A stretch of DNA of 64,000 bases, taken from contig CM069157.1 of the NCBI GenBank assembly GCA_035221665.1, positions 29,574,001 through 29,638,000 of the forward strand, read 5' to 3'. Positions 24,411 through 37,949 of the stretch are shown here, piece after piece. The notes below the pieces were generated by a model. That model saw only the letters and a list, made by a program, of their open reading frames with translations, did not search any database and had not been told where the DNA came from. The stretch comes from Okamejei kenojei. Lineage: Eukaryota. Each line of letters opens with the position of its first letter. Within the stretch, counting starts at the first letter, position 1. Position numbers and translations under genes: made by a program.

Positions 24411-25009
24411 ATAGCAGGATTGAGAGTCAGGAAGTTGGAGCTCTTGACTCTAAATGCAGCCATGTGCTCTCATTAGTATACTGGGAGCTGACCTCCCAAT
24501 ATAAGACGTGGGACCACACAGAAAGAAATCATGGACCAGGGAGTAGATAACCAGCAATCTCAAGGCAGCGGCAGATTTTCCCCAATGTCCCTGTGGCCAC
24601 CGAATTTTGCCAACACGCATGTGAAGTACCCAATAAAATATTTTACTACATTAACTAAGTTATTGTTGGCCGCAGTAAGCACAAGGCAGCACAAGGCCTC
24701 TTACAAAAAAAATGTTTTCTCTTCAGTTTTGAAGTAGTATCACAAATATGGTATTTTAAAGCAGAGATATGCAACAGTTCAAGAGTTGAAATTCAGAAAA
24801 TTACTTTAAATTCAAAGCACAACTGTAGAGTTAAATTAGTGGATGGAAAGTGTAACATTGATTTGGGAGTGATTGGGAGGCACTCCTACACAAAGCTGAA
24901 GTTGCAAGAGTTCTTGAATCATGTAAATTGAATTTCACACAGTGAGCCTTAAGGTCTGTCTTCATTAGTTTACCATAGTGAAAGTGCTCTGAGGTGATGG
25001 GCAGCTGAA

Positions 25010-25320
25010 GGATAGCACAATGGTACAGTTGAGAGAACTGCCTCCGACTCACAGCACCAGAGACCCGGGTTCAATCCTGACCTCGGGTGCTGTCTCCATG
25101 GTGTTTGCAGGTTCTCCCTGTGACTGCATGGGTTTTCACCGGGTGCTCCAGTTCCCTCCCACATCAGTGACATGCACATTTGTAGGTTAATTGGCCTCTG
25201 TAAATTGCCCCCAGTGTGTAGGGGATGGGAAAATGTGATAACATAGAACTAGTATGAATGGGTGATCAATGGACTGAGTGGGCCGAAGGGCCTGTTTCCA
25301 TGCCATATCTCAAAACTAAA
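25010..25320 (+). mobile_element. tRNA-derived SINE (HE1-like)
   Basis: gagacccgggttcaatcctgacctcgggtgctgtc ... gtgggccgaagggcctgtttcc...aaaactaaa. Confidence 0.85.
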
Positions 25321-25603
25321 GAAGAATTGTCACCTATATTTAAAAGCAAGGATCCAATAGTTACATTTAGTGAAGTCGCCTTCATTTTGAATTTACCAAT
25401 CCTGATTAATTTTCAATAAATAAGTTGCAACAGTTAGAACCAACATTTGAATGCATTGGTAAATATAAAGAAATACAGTGAAAGATTTCCATGATTAATT
25501 GATAGCCAAGGAGTCAAAAAGGCAAAGAGTTAAACACTATACAAACACGTCTCAAAACAAATGTTAAGGCAAGGATGAATCTGCCAAAGAAACACAAACT
25601 TAC

Positions 25604-25748
25604 TCAGGGATGGTGTACTCTGCTGCTTTGATTTTCCTGAAAAGCTCCTGAGGTATGCTGTCATAAAATGGGAATTGCCCATAAAGCATTGTGAAGAGCA
25701 CCACACCCAATGCCCACATGTCACTTGGTTTGCCCCTATACGGCCGGC
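25604..25748 (-). CDS. STK40: STK40 coding exon 7
   Basis: (G)RPYRGKPSDMWALGVVLFTMLYGQFPFYDSIPQELFRKIKAAEYTIP(E); acceptor ttttccag, donor GTAAGT; 145 nt. Confidence 0.97.
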
Positions 25749-28159
25749 CTGGAAAACAAAACATTCTATTTTAGCCATTGTTTCAAACGGTTTAAATGCC
25801 GACTGATTAAACCAATACATTAAAAGAGTTCCTGCGTAATCAACCTAGGGATTCAGATTGACAAGATTTCTGCAATTGCAATTCTAGCATTTGAGGTTGC
25901 AAAAGGCAGAGAACAATTTTCCAAAAGATAATAAAAAGGAACGGAAGATGCTGACCCCAACCAGAAATGTCACCTATCTATATTCCCGAGATGCTGCCTG
26001 ACCCGTTGAGTTACTCCAGCAGTGTCCACTTTTCCCGACGTTTTGGCTTCCCTCTTTGAAACATCTTCAATTCCACCTCATCCCAGATTTGTCCAATAAA
26101 ATCAGTGCAGCCACAAACATATCTCATCAGCTCTCAGCGCAAAGCTCAGTTTAAAATTCCACACTATTCACTGCATTGTGACCTATCCTTATTTATACAG
26201 CTCGAATGGAGTGCTACATGAAAACATATATGCCATACACCCTCACAATATTTACATGTGCACTGTATTTTATTACAATATCAAATAGTCTCAAAGTACT
26301 TCACGCTTTATTCAGGAATATATGGAAGAAGATACTACATTTCCCCAACATTGGACAATCACACCCATGAGCAACGTTGCCAGAATAGTTTTGTTGTTTA
26401 GGCAAAGAGCCAAAGCCAACGTGCAAGAAACCAGTGAAGCTGGAAACTGGACAAATCAATTTGCGGTCAGACAGCCTCAAACTATAGAACAACAGGTTGA
26501 CAGGTGCAAGAAATCCCAGAATGTTAAAGACCTGGGAAAAAGTCTGAGCTGACGTTATAAGTCTTGGTTAACAGATGAGTAAATAGTAATAGAGCAAGTA
26601 GGACTGCATTTTTTCATCTTATGTGTAACAAGTTAATACTGAAAACAATTGTGAAACTTAAGGCAAGGCACCAAAGGTGAACAATCAACCCATCACATCA
26701 GTGCCAGCCCAAAAAACAAAAGCTATTCGGGCAAATTTAAATTTCGAACTAAGTCCATAAACTTACAAATGTAAGCATTTCAAATGTCAGTGCAATGAAG
26801 ACTTCTGTTGCTTCTAAACTTACAGCTAGCCAGTTTCAGAGCATCGCAATCCTCTGGATGCAGAAACATTTCAATGTCAACTTTCTACACGTCACTTCAA
26901 ATCTATGTTGTATGGTTACAGGCCCTGCAGTTAATATACATTGGTCCTCCCTATTACACTATTTCAACATCTCGATTATATAAATCTTGAAGCTCCCTAA
27001 CATTTACTGTTTCAAAGGAAAAAACAACCCAACCTCAAAATTACTGCATAACCTCTGTTTTTAAATTGATGAAATATTTCTTAAACACATTATATGCCTG
27101 TCTTGTTTCTTTAGTGATCTATGGATCTGTGCTCCAGGTTCTGTCCAATCCTCAACTCTTGGCTTCCTACTATTTGTTGTATATTCCTACCATTTACTGT
27201 ACATTCCCACAATTTCTCTACATTGCAGTCTAGTGGTGATATAAAGGAGGAAGATCAACAAAAGTCACACAAGTGAAAGTTGAAAAGTCTATATAACTCC
27301 TGCCACATAAATACCTGAGTACTTCATCAGCACATCACACACACACATACACTTAGACACACACTTAAACCAAACAAAAGTATAATAAAATATAATTGGC
27401 TTTTGACCAGGCCCTCCTGAGATGCACACCAGTCTTAAGGAGCCAGTCTTCAATTCAATACACGGTTAAGGTAGCTTAAAATTGGGCCTTCATAAGGCTC
27501 TGTTGATCATTAGTAACAGAAATATTTGATACCTGTAATCTCACGGCCTGGGAGATCCTTCAGTTACTATTATAATCAAGTTAGGGGACAGATGTTGATT
27601 TAATGAAGACTGCAGAATAGCATGGCCGAGTACCATTGGGTATATTTAAAAGTGGCAAAATGGTAAAGTTGCAACACTGGACTACATGTACGCTGAGCAG
27701 CACACTAGAAGCTGAACGATCCCACAAATAACTCAGATCAAAGGTCTCAAATCCAGCTACATCTAGACATGAACGGCCGTGGACAATTAAACAGCTAAAC
27801 TGCAGGTGGGGTGAAAAGCAAATTCCATCTACAACGATGGTATGGAATGGCACATGTTGCGAAGGCAAGGTTTAAGCGCTCTCCATCATTTTCAATGAGC
27901 TAACTCGGTGATTCAGCTCTACACCCACTTGACACACACACCATTAAGGTGCAAGTCTTCAATCAATTCAATTTACTCCGCGTGCTCTACAGAAATAGCT
28001 AACACTGGATACAGCAGAGGATGAGACTAAACAATATCTCAACTGTCATATTGAAAATCTGCATTCTAACATTTCTAGTACCACGGAAGCATCTAACTAA
28101 TAATGTTGAAATTGCCCAAGATGGGCCCGATCACAAAAAGTAGGGGAAATTTAACCCAA

Positions 28160-29090
28160 TTCAGTTGCCAGTTCAGAGTACTTCTTCAACACCATCTTCC
28201 CATGGAACTGTCAATTCCACAACGTATGCCAACTTGGCTGTTGTGGACCACATGACCATGTCTGGCCGGAGTGTTGTAGCCACAATGTCTGGGGGAAACG
28301 CAAGCTTTTTTTCCCAAGTCCACTGCCATTTTCCAATCCCGAGCAGGCAGCAGAATACTTGCTGTTATCTGGTGCTCTGAAGGTACAAATGTTGTGAAGT
28401 GGACATTTCCTGCCGATGTTTGTGGGGAAGCATTTGTGATCTTACGCCTCTGTTCCAGGATTGATGGCTGAGGCTCGTAGTGCATCCTGTTAAAATGTGC
28501 CTTAGTGATGCAGGTGCTTGGCAAAGGGAGCAAGCGGGGTCTTCTCCGAACCACTGCTTCAGGTTCTGGGGTGATGGTAGAACATCATAAGTGGCTCTGA
28601 TGACAAAACTTAGCCGAGATCTTTCCATTTGCTAAATGTCATGCCAGCCGAGTTTCCTCTTTTCCAGGCTCTTCCAGTTAGTTTATTGGCCCTGCTTGGC
28701 CATTGAGATGGCCATGGCGTGTCGCTCTGCCTCCTCCCGTCTTCTCACCTCCTCCACCACGAGCCGTGTCTTCTGCACTGATGTTGCCTTGTGCCATTGA
28801 GGAGCTTTTGGGACGAACCCGAGCCCCGTTCTCCCGTGTTGGACTTGGCCAACCACATCCCGGAAATGAAGAGCAGACTTAGCACTCTGTACGGCTTCAG
28901 ATGGGGTCCACTTCCTCCCCACATGGGGGGGCCGTACAGTCCGACAGCACTTAAGCATCGTGGAAGTCCAAGCCACTGTTTCACATGTGTGCTGATCATT
29001 CTTTCCAGCTTTTGCACTTTGTTGATGTGGATTTCATGTTTCAATGTTATAACAAGCTGATCCCTGTGACAATCCACTGGCCACAAGCCT
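28160..29090 (-). mobile_element. Fragment of an R2-group (HERO-like) restriction-like-endonuclease non-LTR retrotransposon, internally deleted
   Basis: Minus-strand peptides KQWLGLPRCLS.VGLYG, GRKWTPSEAV...GQVQHGRTGLG, RLSFVIRATYDVLPSPQNLKQW, the zinc knuckle C.LC...LRHIL..C, and the RLE motif RPDMVMW...VVELTVPWE (about 28195-28270). Confidence 0.8.
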
Positions 29091-30260
29091 CCAATCAGAC
29101 AAACCCTCGATAACTACCCTCCGACTCCTTCCTCCAAGTCAATTTTGAATCCAATTGGCTAGCTCAACTTGGATTCAATGTCCTCTAACTTGCCATACTA
29201 GCTTACCATATGGGACATTGTCAAAGACCTTGCTAAAGTCCACATAGCCAACGTCCATTACCCTGCCCCCATCGTGTCCTATCGGTGACCTCTTCAAAAA
29301 ATGATTTGAAAAATGATTTGCCACACAAAGCAACGATAACTATGCCTAATCATTCTGTGCCTATGCAAATGCTGGTAGATCCTATCCCTCAGAAACCGCT
29401 CCAACAACCTTTCTACCGCTGACGCAGGGCCTGCCAACCAACCTACAGTTCCCTGGCTTGTCCTTGCTGCCCTTCTTAACTAACAGTGCAACACTGGCCA
29501 AACTCCAGTTTTCCAGACCTGCACTGGTTAAAGATCTCTGCAAGACCTCGCAATTTTCTCCCAAGCTTCCCAAATGGTCAGAGGTTACACTTGGTCAGGC
29601 ACTGTGGATTTATCCAACTCAGTATGCTTTAAAACCACAATTACCAACTCTTTGGTAATTCATATGATCTAAGACAGTACAACACCCATGCCTCAATTCC
29701 TTATCTTCCATGATCTTCTTTGTAAAAACAGATGAGAAGTAGTAATTTCATATATCCCCTACGTCTTGTGGTTTAACACAAAGATGGCCAGGTTGATCTT
29801 TAAGGGAAGCTATCCTTTCCATAGCTACCCTTTTACTCTTAATATACCTATAGAATCTATTTGAACATAATGCCAGCTCTATTTAATTTCCACTTCTTGC
29901 CCTCCTGATATACTTGCAAAGGATTCACTTGATCCTAACTGCCTAAATGTGACCTTTCACTCCCTCTTTTACCTGACCAGAGCCTCAACATCAATCAACC
30001 ACCAGGGTTCTCTAAACCTACCAGCTTTCACTTCACCCTGACGGGACCCTGCTGCCCCTTCACTCTTGCTACCTCACCTTTGAAAGCCTACCACTTGCCA
30101 ACCATCCCCTTACCTGCAAACGCTCTACCAATCCACCTTTACAAGTTCCCGCTTAATGCCTGAAAAAAATCAGCTTTGGCCCAATTTAGGACCAACGTGA
30201 GCCAGTCTTATCCTCCATAACTACTTTGAAATTCACAGAATTATGGTCACTGGATGGTTA
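29090..30260 (-). mobile_element. Decayed CR1 LINE, RT N-terminal region
   Basis: ORF 29382..29573 ENWSLASVALLVKKGSKDKPGNCRLV resembles the CR1 motif W..ANV.P.FKKG....PGNYRPV. Confidence 0.75.
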
Positions 30261-30644
30261 ATGGTGGTTCATTGTTGAGGCTCATCACTATTTCAAGGGT
30301 GAATTGATAGGCAAAATATGCTTGCTTTCCTGAGGTGACCAGATCTCAAAAAACTTATTGAAGGGAACAATATTTAAGGTTTACGCAAAGCATTAGGCAT
30401 TTAAATCAAAATTCCATTGAGAGATTTTGTTTGTGTGCAATAGGGAAAGATTCTCATGTCTGACAAGAATTTTTAAGTAGCAACTCTTATTATTTCTGAT
30501 GGAAACTGTAGAGTCTCATTCATTCCACTACTACCCCATCTTCTATGGGTAAATTCTCAATCCAAGCCATGACCATGGATCTCATTTAGCATAATCTTCC
30601 GGGAAAGCTTACCATAAGGAACTTGATTAAATGCCTTATTAAAA

Positions 30645-30745
30645 AGATAGACATTAAATGCTGGAGTAACTCAGCGGGTCAGACAGCATCTCTGGAGTAA
30701 GGGAATAGGTGACCTTTCGGGTCAAGACCCTTCTTCAGACTGAGG
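30645..30745 (-). mobile_element. Penelope-derived short element with a hammerhead-like motif
   Basis: Minus strand reads tcagtCTGAAGAagggtcttgacccGAAAgGTCacc (30707-30743), then the family tail. Confidence 0.75.
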
Positions 30746-31834
30746 GTCAAGGGAGAAGGAAACTAGAAGTGTGCAAAGGTACAAAGAACAAATTAATGAA
30801 AGGCATGAAAAGAACAAATCAAAGCCGTTCAGAACCAAATCAAAACCAAGAGAAAGGTGGAGCCCACGATGGTCGGAGTAATTCATAGTACTCTTTCAAA
30901 TCCATGAGCCATATCATAATCAGCTTCAAGATCCACATGCTTCAAAGCTTCACTTCTTGATGTGGGAAGTTTGAATCAAGACGTTGAAAATTGGGCTGGA
31001 AAAAACATGGGAGGGGAAAATGGATATTGGTTCTTGGGCAAGTTGGAAAAGTAAGGTTAGGCGACAGGCAGGAGAGGAAAAATATTCAGCTGGATTAATA
31101 AATAAGTTATAATAATATTGATGAGCCATGATGTAATTCAAATTAAAGGAGAGAAATAAATATTGGGGTCAGAGGTCACTTAACTATCTTCATGAGCTTT
31201 CACTAAAGATGGCAAAAAAGGAGAGAAAAGTACCGAAGGCAAAGAAACTTGGATGTCTTGATGCAATTTGCACACACAGTGGAAAGGCTGCAATATCAGC
31301 TTAATATTGAACTGAAACAACTTGAGAAGTCAAGTCTTCGCTTTAACAGGAAATTTATCATTGAAAAACCAAGGCAGGAATAAATGACTGCAATTTATCA
31401 ATGCTATATGATGCAAATTAATTCCGAAAGTTATGGGAGAGCTGGGGGTTTGTGGTTTATATGGTCCCAATCATCAACTTGAGATAGCACGTGAATCACA
31501 ACTCATTTCTGGAGTTATAGAGAAATAAAACAGGAACATCAAAACAGGGTAACTTTTTTTTGTCGTGTGAATATGTATTTCACAACTTCAAATTTCACTG
31601 AATAGAAGGAAGGGGAACACACCGCACTATGGGTGAAGATTATCCCTCATCTGATGTTAATGTTAGTTTCAGTTCAAAGTAGCCATTCAAGAGAACAAAC
31701 ACAATTGATACCTCTGCATATTGTATTCATGGTGGAGACAAATGACAAGGGAACCCAGTGGAAGCTGGAGAATGCTGTTTCCCAAAGATTAACCCACATC
31801 TAGGAGGTAAATCAAAGTTGAATATAACAGAAAG

Positions 31835-32000
31835 AAGACACTGCAGATGCTAGTTTACAAAGGAAAGACAAAATGCTGGAGGAACTCAGCGAGTCAGGCA
31901 GCATCCCTGGAGAGCGGGACCTGAAACATCACCTATCCATGTTCTCCAGGGATACCGCTTGACCCACTGAGTTAAGTCAGCATTTTGCATCTTTCCTTGT
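31835..32000. mobile_element. Penelope-derived short element with inverted halves, decayed
   Basis: ctgcagatgct...aaatgctggaggaactcagcg / cctgaaacatcacctatcc...gacccactgagtt. Confidence 0.6.
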
Positions 32001-33594
32001 AAATATTGAATATCACTGTACCTTAACTGGTACATGTGACAATAAAAGACCTTGGACCTTTGAAACCTTCGAAATAACATTACTTTTCACCAGAGAAGCT
32101 AGCCAGAGGTATAATTCCTTGCTTCATTGTGGTCTCTGGAGTGGCTGTGGACCTCCGATAATAAGCCTCGTTTCTGCAGCACTGCTACAAAAATTACCCT
32201 GTTCTTTTTAACCAGAGGAGCAAAACTTGATCCGTAGCTTGCAGACGGTCCATTTGCTTGCCAACAGAATCCAATAATTAGGACTAACGTTCACTCCAGC
32301 CCATAAGCATGACATCCTAACTTGCACCTTAGCTGATATCAATTAAGCACAGAGATCAAGACTGAATCAGGGGTTTACAGGGTTTTTAACTTCCAAAGTA
32401 TTTATCTACCCAGAAGATGCACATTAAGTAAGAAAGCTATTTTACATAAGCATTTGCTAATTCAATACTTTGTCAAAATGCACAAGGGGTTGGGGGCAGA
32501 GGGAGAGAGAGGGGAGAAGAGAACACTTAGTAGCTTTGTCATGTCAGATCTGCAGGGGACCTTTTTCAGCTACATTTTTATGCTCTGTGTCAGTTAATTT
32601 TTGTTAAGTCCTAAGATGTAAAGTCCCAAATCAAAATAGTGCAGGTTTTTGTTTAAGGGTTTTGATGAAATATCATCAACTCAATCTGTAACAGTTTCTA
32701 TCCACAAATGTTGTCTAACCTGCTGAATATTTCATGTACTTTTCATGTGCAATGATGCATGGAATGATTAATAGAGATCAATGATTATTTCCACATGCTT
32801 GCATACCGCTGAGTAAGTGACTTGGATTATTCAGAGTTTGCTACATTCCAACTTCCAAGGATAAATAACTAAACTGGTTCCAGTTAGACTATCCAGTTAG
32901 CCAAGATCTTTTCTATAACCAACATTCAGTTGGTTCTATACTTCAATTAAATTTTCCATCATAAATCAAGAGACCAGGTTGGGAAACCAAGGTCTATTTT
33001 GCAACCATGTAACTGAACAAGACAGATGAGAAAAACAACCAGTGAGCATGTGCATGGTGCTCATGCTGCACATTTTCCATCACAGGCCAAGTTCTCGCTC
33101 TGACAATCAAGAACAGATATCAGGAAGTATGACAGCATAAACAGCACATTTCCACAAATCACTTCTGTTGAGAGGGGTAGTTGTGTTTTTTTGTTTTTTA
33201 AAAGCTTCTTCATTTCATGCATTTTAATTGCAGATTCAAAGCACAAAAAATAAATTACAAAGTACTCGACCTATAACTTGGTGTCCCTATGGCTGGCTCA
33301 GCCAACCTAGACAATAGTGTCCTACACGACATGGAAATATAGGGGACCCTGTTCTGTGCCACTGAAGTTGAGGGAGTCTTTTTGTTGTTGGAGATTGTTA
33401 CTGGCCAGTTTCTGTTTATTTTTCTGCAGATGTTGACATGGCAGATTTCAGAATCTGAATTTCAAAGAATCATAAGTAATCGCACTTGCATAGAACAGTT
33501 ACAGCACAGGAAGTGGTTATTCAGCACATTGTATCTGCGCCATCTCTCCATTAGAGCAATTTAACTATTCCATCTCTTGAACATTACTCTGTTC

Positions 33595-34005
33595 TGCGAA
33601 ATAGACTACAAAAAGTTGTGACCACTGCCCCATCCATCACCAGCTTTGACCTCCCCACCATCGACAGGATCTATCGTAGTCACTGCCTCAAAAATGCAGC
33701 CAACATCACCAAGGACTCACACCATCCTGGCCACACACTCATCTCACCACTGCCATCAGGAAGAAGGTACAGGAGCCTGAAGATTGTAACGTCCAGGTTC
33801 AGGAACAGCTTCTTCCCCACAGCCATCAGGCTATTAAACACAACAAATAAGCTATGAGCTCTGAACTGCAAAAGACTATATTGTTATTTGTACTATATTT
33901 GTTATTTGTTCTTTTTCTTTTTTTTCCCTGTTATGTACAATGTTTACATATTCACATATTCTGTTGTGCTGCATCAAGTAAGAATGACAATAAAACACTC
34001 TTGAT
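33595..34005 (+). mobile_element. Rex1/Babar-like LINE 3' fragment
   Basis: [37 protein letters not shown], the same C-terminus as 15540-15680; tail gacaataaaacactcttga. Confidence 0.88.
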
Positions 34006-34489
34006 TCTTTAATTTATTTCACCAAAAACTCATCCAATTCCCTCTTGGATGCCAAAATGGCAGCCGCCATGTCTCCAGCCAACTTGCAGGCAGTGCAATC
34101 CATATTCCAACCAATGTAAAATGTTTTTTCCTTTTGTCATGACTTTCTTTCACTTTATTTTGTACCCGTGACTTAATCTGCTCGAAGACTCCAAAGAGAA
34201 CAGCCTCCCACCATTCATTGTTCAGAATCATAATATATACATTTATTAAATCTCCCCTCAGCCAATACTCACTCCAAAGAAAACAGTTCCCTTCCGACTA
34301 ATCTATCCTTGCAACGACCACCCCTCATTTAGGAATTATTGTCATAAGATCTTAAGTATTCAAGACTGAAAGATTTCAGAAAGAGCTGAACAAAATGGAC
34401 AATGCAAGAACAAACACAAGAGCAGAGAAACTAGAAGTGTTCCTGTCTCACAGTTATGTGCTCAGCAAGAACACAGTTAGCCTTGGTGA

Positions 34490-34790
34490 TCTAGGAGAAT
34501 CAAGAACCATAGGTTTAAGGTGAGGGGGAAAAGATTTAATAGGAACGAGGGGTAACTTTTTCACAGTGGTAAAAGAGTGGTGGATGTATAGATCAAGCTG
34601 CCAGGGGAGGTAGGTGAGGCGGGGACTATTCCAACATTTAAGAAATAGTTAGATAGCTACATGGACAGGTTTGGAGGGATATGGAGCAAATGTGGGCAGG
34701 TGGGACGGGTGTAGCTGGGACATGTTGGCGGTGTTGGCAAGTTGGGCCGATTGGCCTGTTTCCACACTGTTTCACTCTAGGACTCTATGA
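34490..34790 (+). mobile_element. CR1 3' end lying about 50 bp from STK40 coding exon 6
   Basis: gtttaaggtgagggggaaaagatttaatagg ... gttgggccgattggcctgtttccacactg...ctctatga. Confidence 0.75.
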
Positions 34791-34842
34791 TTTCACCCAT
34801 TCCCTCTTCAACAGTCTGAAATAATCAGAATTGGGAGCTCAC

Positions 34843-34958
34843 CACTCAATACATCAGGGCTGATGTAGGCAGGACTCCCTCGCTGATCTTTGAGTAAATC
34901 ATCCTCACTAACTAGATGCTTTCCAAGACAGAAGTTTGTGATGGTGATTCTATGGGTC
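34843..34958 (-). CDS. STK40: STK40 coding exon 6 (NFC in place of DFG, activation segment)
   Basis: (R)THRITITNFCLGKHLVSEDDLLKDQRGSPAYISPDVLS(G); acceptor cttgcag, donor GTGAGC; 116 nt. Confidence 0.97.
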
Positions 34959-35434
34959 CTGCAAGCAAGAACAAAACAAATTAGTGTGCATATCAATACT
35001 CGTCAGGCATTTTGGGTGGAGAAAAAGAGCGGTAAAAAAAATATTACATATTAAAAGTTGCTACATATGTACAATTAATCCATTAATTTCTAACTAGAAT
35101 TTTAATTCAGTAAACTGGATCATTAAACAATGTAACAAAGCCACTCTGCTGATAGAGAAGCAGCTTCCTATGATATTATGCACATATTTACCCTTGTTTC
35201 TGGAGAACACAAGTTAAGAATTGAAAAGCTGAGAAGTTGCTGAATTGATGAAGCTCCTAAATTAATAATACTACTTTCAGTTCGAGCCAACACCTTCCCA
35301 AAAGTGTCAAAAACACAACTTTCCCCTGTTGTTTTTAGACTTGTTTCTATTTCTTGTCCATTTCCTGCCACAGATACTGCTTGCCCATAAAGTTCCATCA
35401 GCAGTTTGTTTTTAACACAGCAAAATCTGAAGAG

Positions 35435-36705
35435 CCCATTTGCTTGACAAATTTGCTGGAATTCTTTGAAGTAAATAGCGGAACGGACAAAGGAGAGTTA
35501 GTGGATGCTGTTTACTTAGATTTTCCGAAAGCCTTCGATAAGGTGCCACATGTTAGGCTGCTTAGGAAGATGAGAGCCCATAGGTATCAAAGGACAAACA
35601 CTAGCATGGATAGCAGGTTGGCTGGATGACAGAAGACAAAGAGTGGCAATAAGGAGGGCTTTTGCTGGTTGGCTGCCAGTAACTAGTGGAGTCCCGCAAG
35701 GGTCAGTGCTGGAGTCGCTACTCTTCACGTTGTATATTAATGATTGGGATGAGGGGATTAAAGGCTTTGTGGCAAAGTGTGCAGTTGATACGGAAATAGG
35801 TGGAGGGGCAGGTAGTGTAGAGAAATTAGGGACTCTGCAGAAGGACAGGTTGGCAGAGAAGTGGCAGATGGAATATAGTGTAGTAAAGTGTGGAGTCATG
35901 CATTTTGGTAATAGGAATAAAGGCATAGACTATTTTCCAAATGGGTTGAGAATCCAGAAATGGGAGGTGCAGAGGGACTTGGGAGAGCTGGTGCAGGATT
36001 CCGCAAAAGATAATCTGCAAGTTGAATCGGTAGTAAAGAACGCAAACTCATTGCTCGCATTTATTTCAAGAGGGCTTGTATACAAAAATAGCGATGTAAT
36101 GTTGAGGCTCTATAAGGCGTTGGTAAGGCCGCATTTGGAATATTGTGAGCAATTTTGGGCACCATATCAGAGGAAGGACGTGCTGGCTCTGGAGAGGGTT
36201 CCAGAGGAGGTTTACAAGAATGATCCCAGGAATTAGTAGGTTAGCCTATGATGAATGTTTGTCAGCACTGGGCCTGTACTCGCTGGAGTTTACATGAATG
36301 AGGGGGGACCTCATTGAAATATACAGAATAGAGAAAGGGTTGGATAGGGTGGATGCGGAGAGGATGTTTCCACTAGTGGGAGAGTCTAGGATTAGAGGAC
36401 ATAGTCTCTGAATTAAAGGAAGCTAGTATTCTTTTAGGAAGGAGATGAGGAGAAATGTATTTAGTCAGAATGTGGGGAATCTGTGGAATTCTTTGCCACA
36501 GAAGGTTGTGGAGACCAAGTCAGTGGATATTTTTAAGGTAGAGATAGGTAGATTCTTGATTAGTACAGGTGTCAGAGGTTATGGTACCTGAGGCACCTAA
36601 GGCAAGAGAATGGGGTGAGGAGGGAGAGTTAGATCAGCCATGATTGAATGGTGGAATAGACTTGATGGGCCAAATGGCCTAATTCTATTCCTATTCCTTA
36701 CAACC
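35435..36705 (+). mobile_element. CR1 LINE, RT domain and 3' end, decayed
   Basis: CLTNLLEFFE...VDAVYLDFPKAFDKVPH; VTSGVPQGSVL; LVRPHLEYCEQFWAP; tail cctaattctattcctattcct. Confidence 0.9.
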
Positions 36706-37949
36706 ATACGAATATCCATTTACTGGGATTCCTCAATTTATGAAAGGTTTGCATTCCTCGAAAACATTTTAAGATGAACATTCCTAAAAGGTTTGTACCA
36801 TTAGTTTCTAAGAAAAAAATCTGCTTGCATTCCAGAGCTCAATGCTTATCATGAAAACAAACTAAATATACGAATTATATCAAAGTATCTGAAATAAGAG
36901 TATTTTATTAACAGAATTTGAAAATCAACATGATAAAAATGTAAAGAATGTAGCTTTACAGGGAGGGGGGTGAGGGGGGGTGGGTCGCAAAGTGAGACAA
37001 GATCCCAAGTGTCATAGTAGGAAGGAGGATTTTGAATTAAAGGACTTTAAAATTAATAGTGGCCCATTTAGGTAGAGAAGTAATATTTTATCCTTCAATG
37101 GATGTCCTTAGAAAGCTCTTCCTCAAAAATGACCTTTTTAAATATTTTTTTTAAGGCAGCGATAAGTAGATTATTGACAAGTAAACAGGCAGAAAGGTGA
37201 GCATGGGTAGGCGGGCATATGGAGCTGAGATGCAATTGGATCAGCCATCTTAATGAATGCCAGAAGGCCAGCTTCTTTGTCCTATTTCATATTATCAAAT
37301 CCAAATGATAGCAGTAGCTTTGCGTGAATAGGCGGCGGTGGGGAGAACAAGATGTGGTTACTGGTGTTCAGAAGATGGAGATTTAAATCTGAGTATAAAG
37401 CAGCTCGCAATGTTGATAGCGAGACTGCTTTCTGGGTGGCCGATGAATAAGAATGAAAGATACTGTAACTGGAAATATGGACGCCATCTCTTCTTATAAT
37501 TTCTTGGAGCATTTTCCATCATTCACACTGTGCCAATATCGGGATCATTATCTTTAAATGAAAACAGTGCTGGAAAAATACTGCACATCAATAAAAGATT
37601 CGACTTAAAGCAATAATCTGGTTCTCTTTTTCAGGCGTTGCGTGGTTTGCAACGGGTTCCAGAATTTTCTGTTTCCATTTTGGATTGCCTGCATTTGCCT
37701 ACAATTTTTTTCATCTTTAGAAATAGCTACCATTTGCTCAAAATGAGAAAAAATATCTCCAAAGCCTTTCCTCCGTAACCCCTTTTTGTGCAGCTTTGCA
37801 CAAACTATTTTTTCTCTATGATCTCAAGTTACTCAAGTTCCAACAGATCTTCCTTTGGTACGGGACTCCAGTAACATTTCCCTGGTCTATTTCTTCATCT
37901 AGACCAAAGATCACTCCATCTCTCGCCCTCACTTTGGGAAATCTGACAA

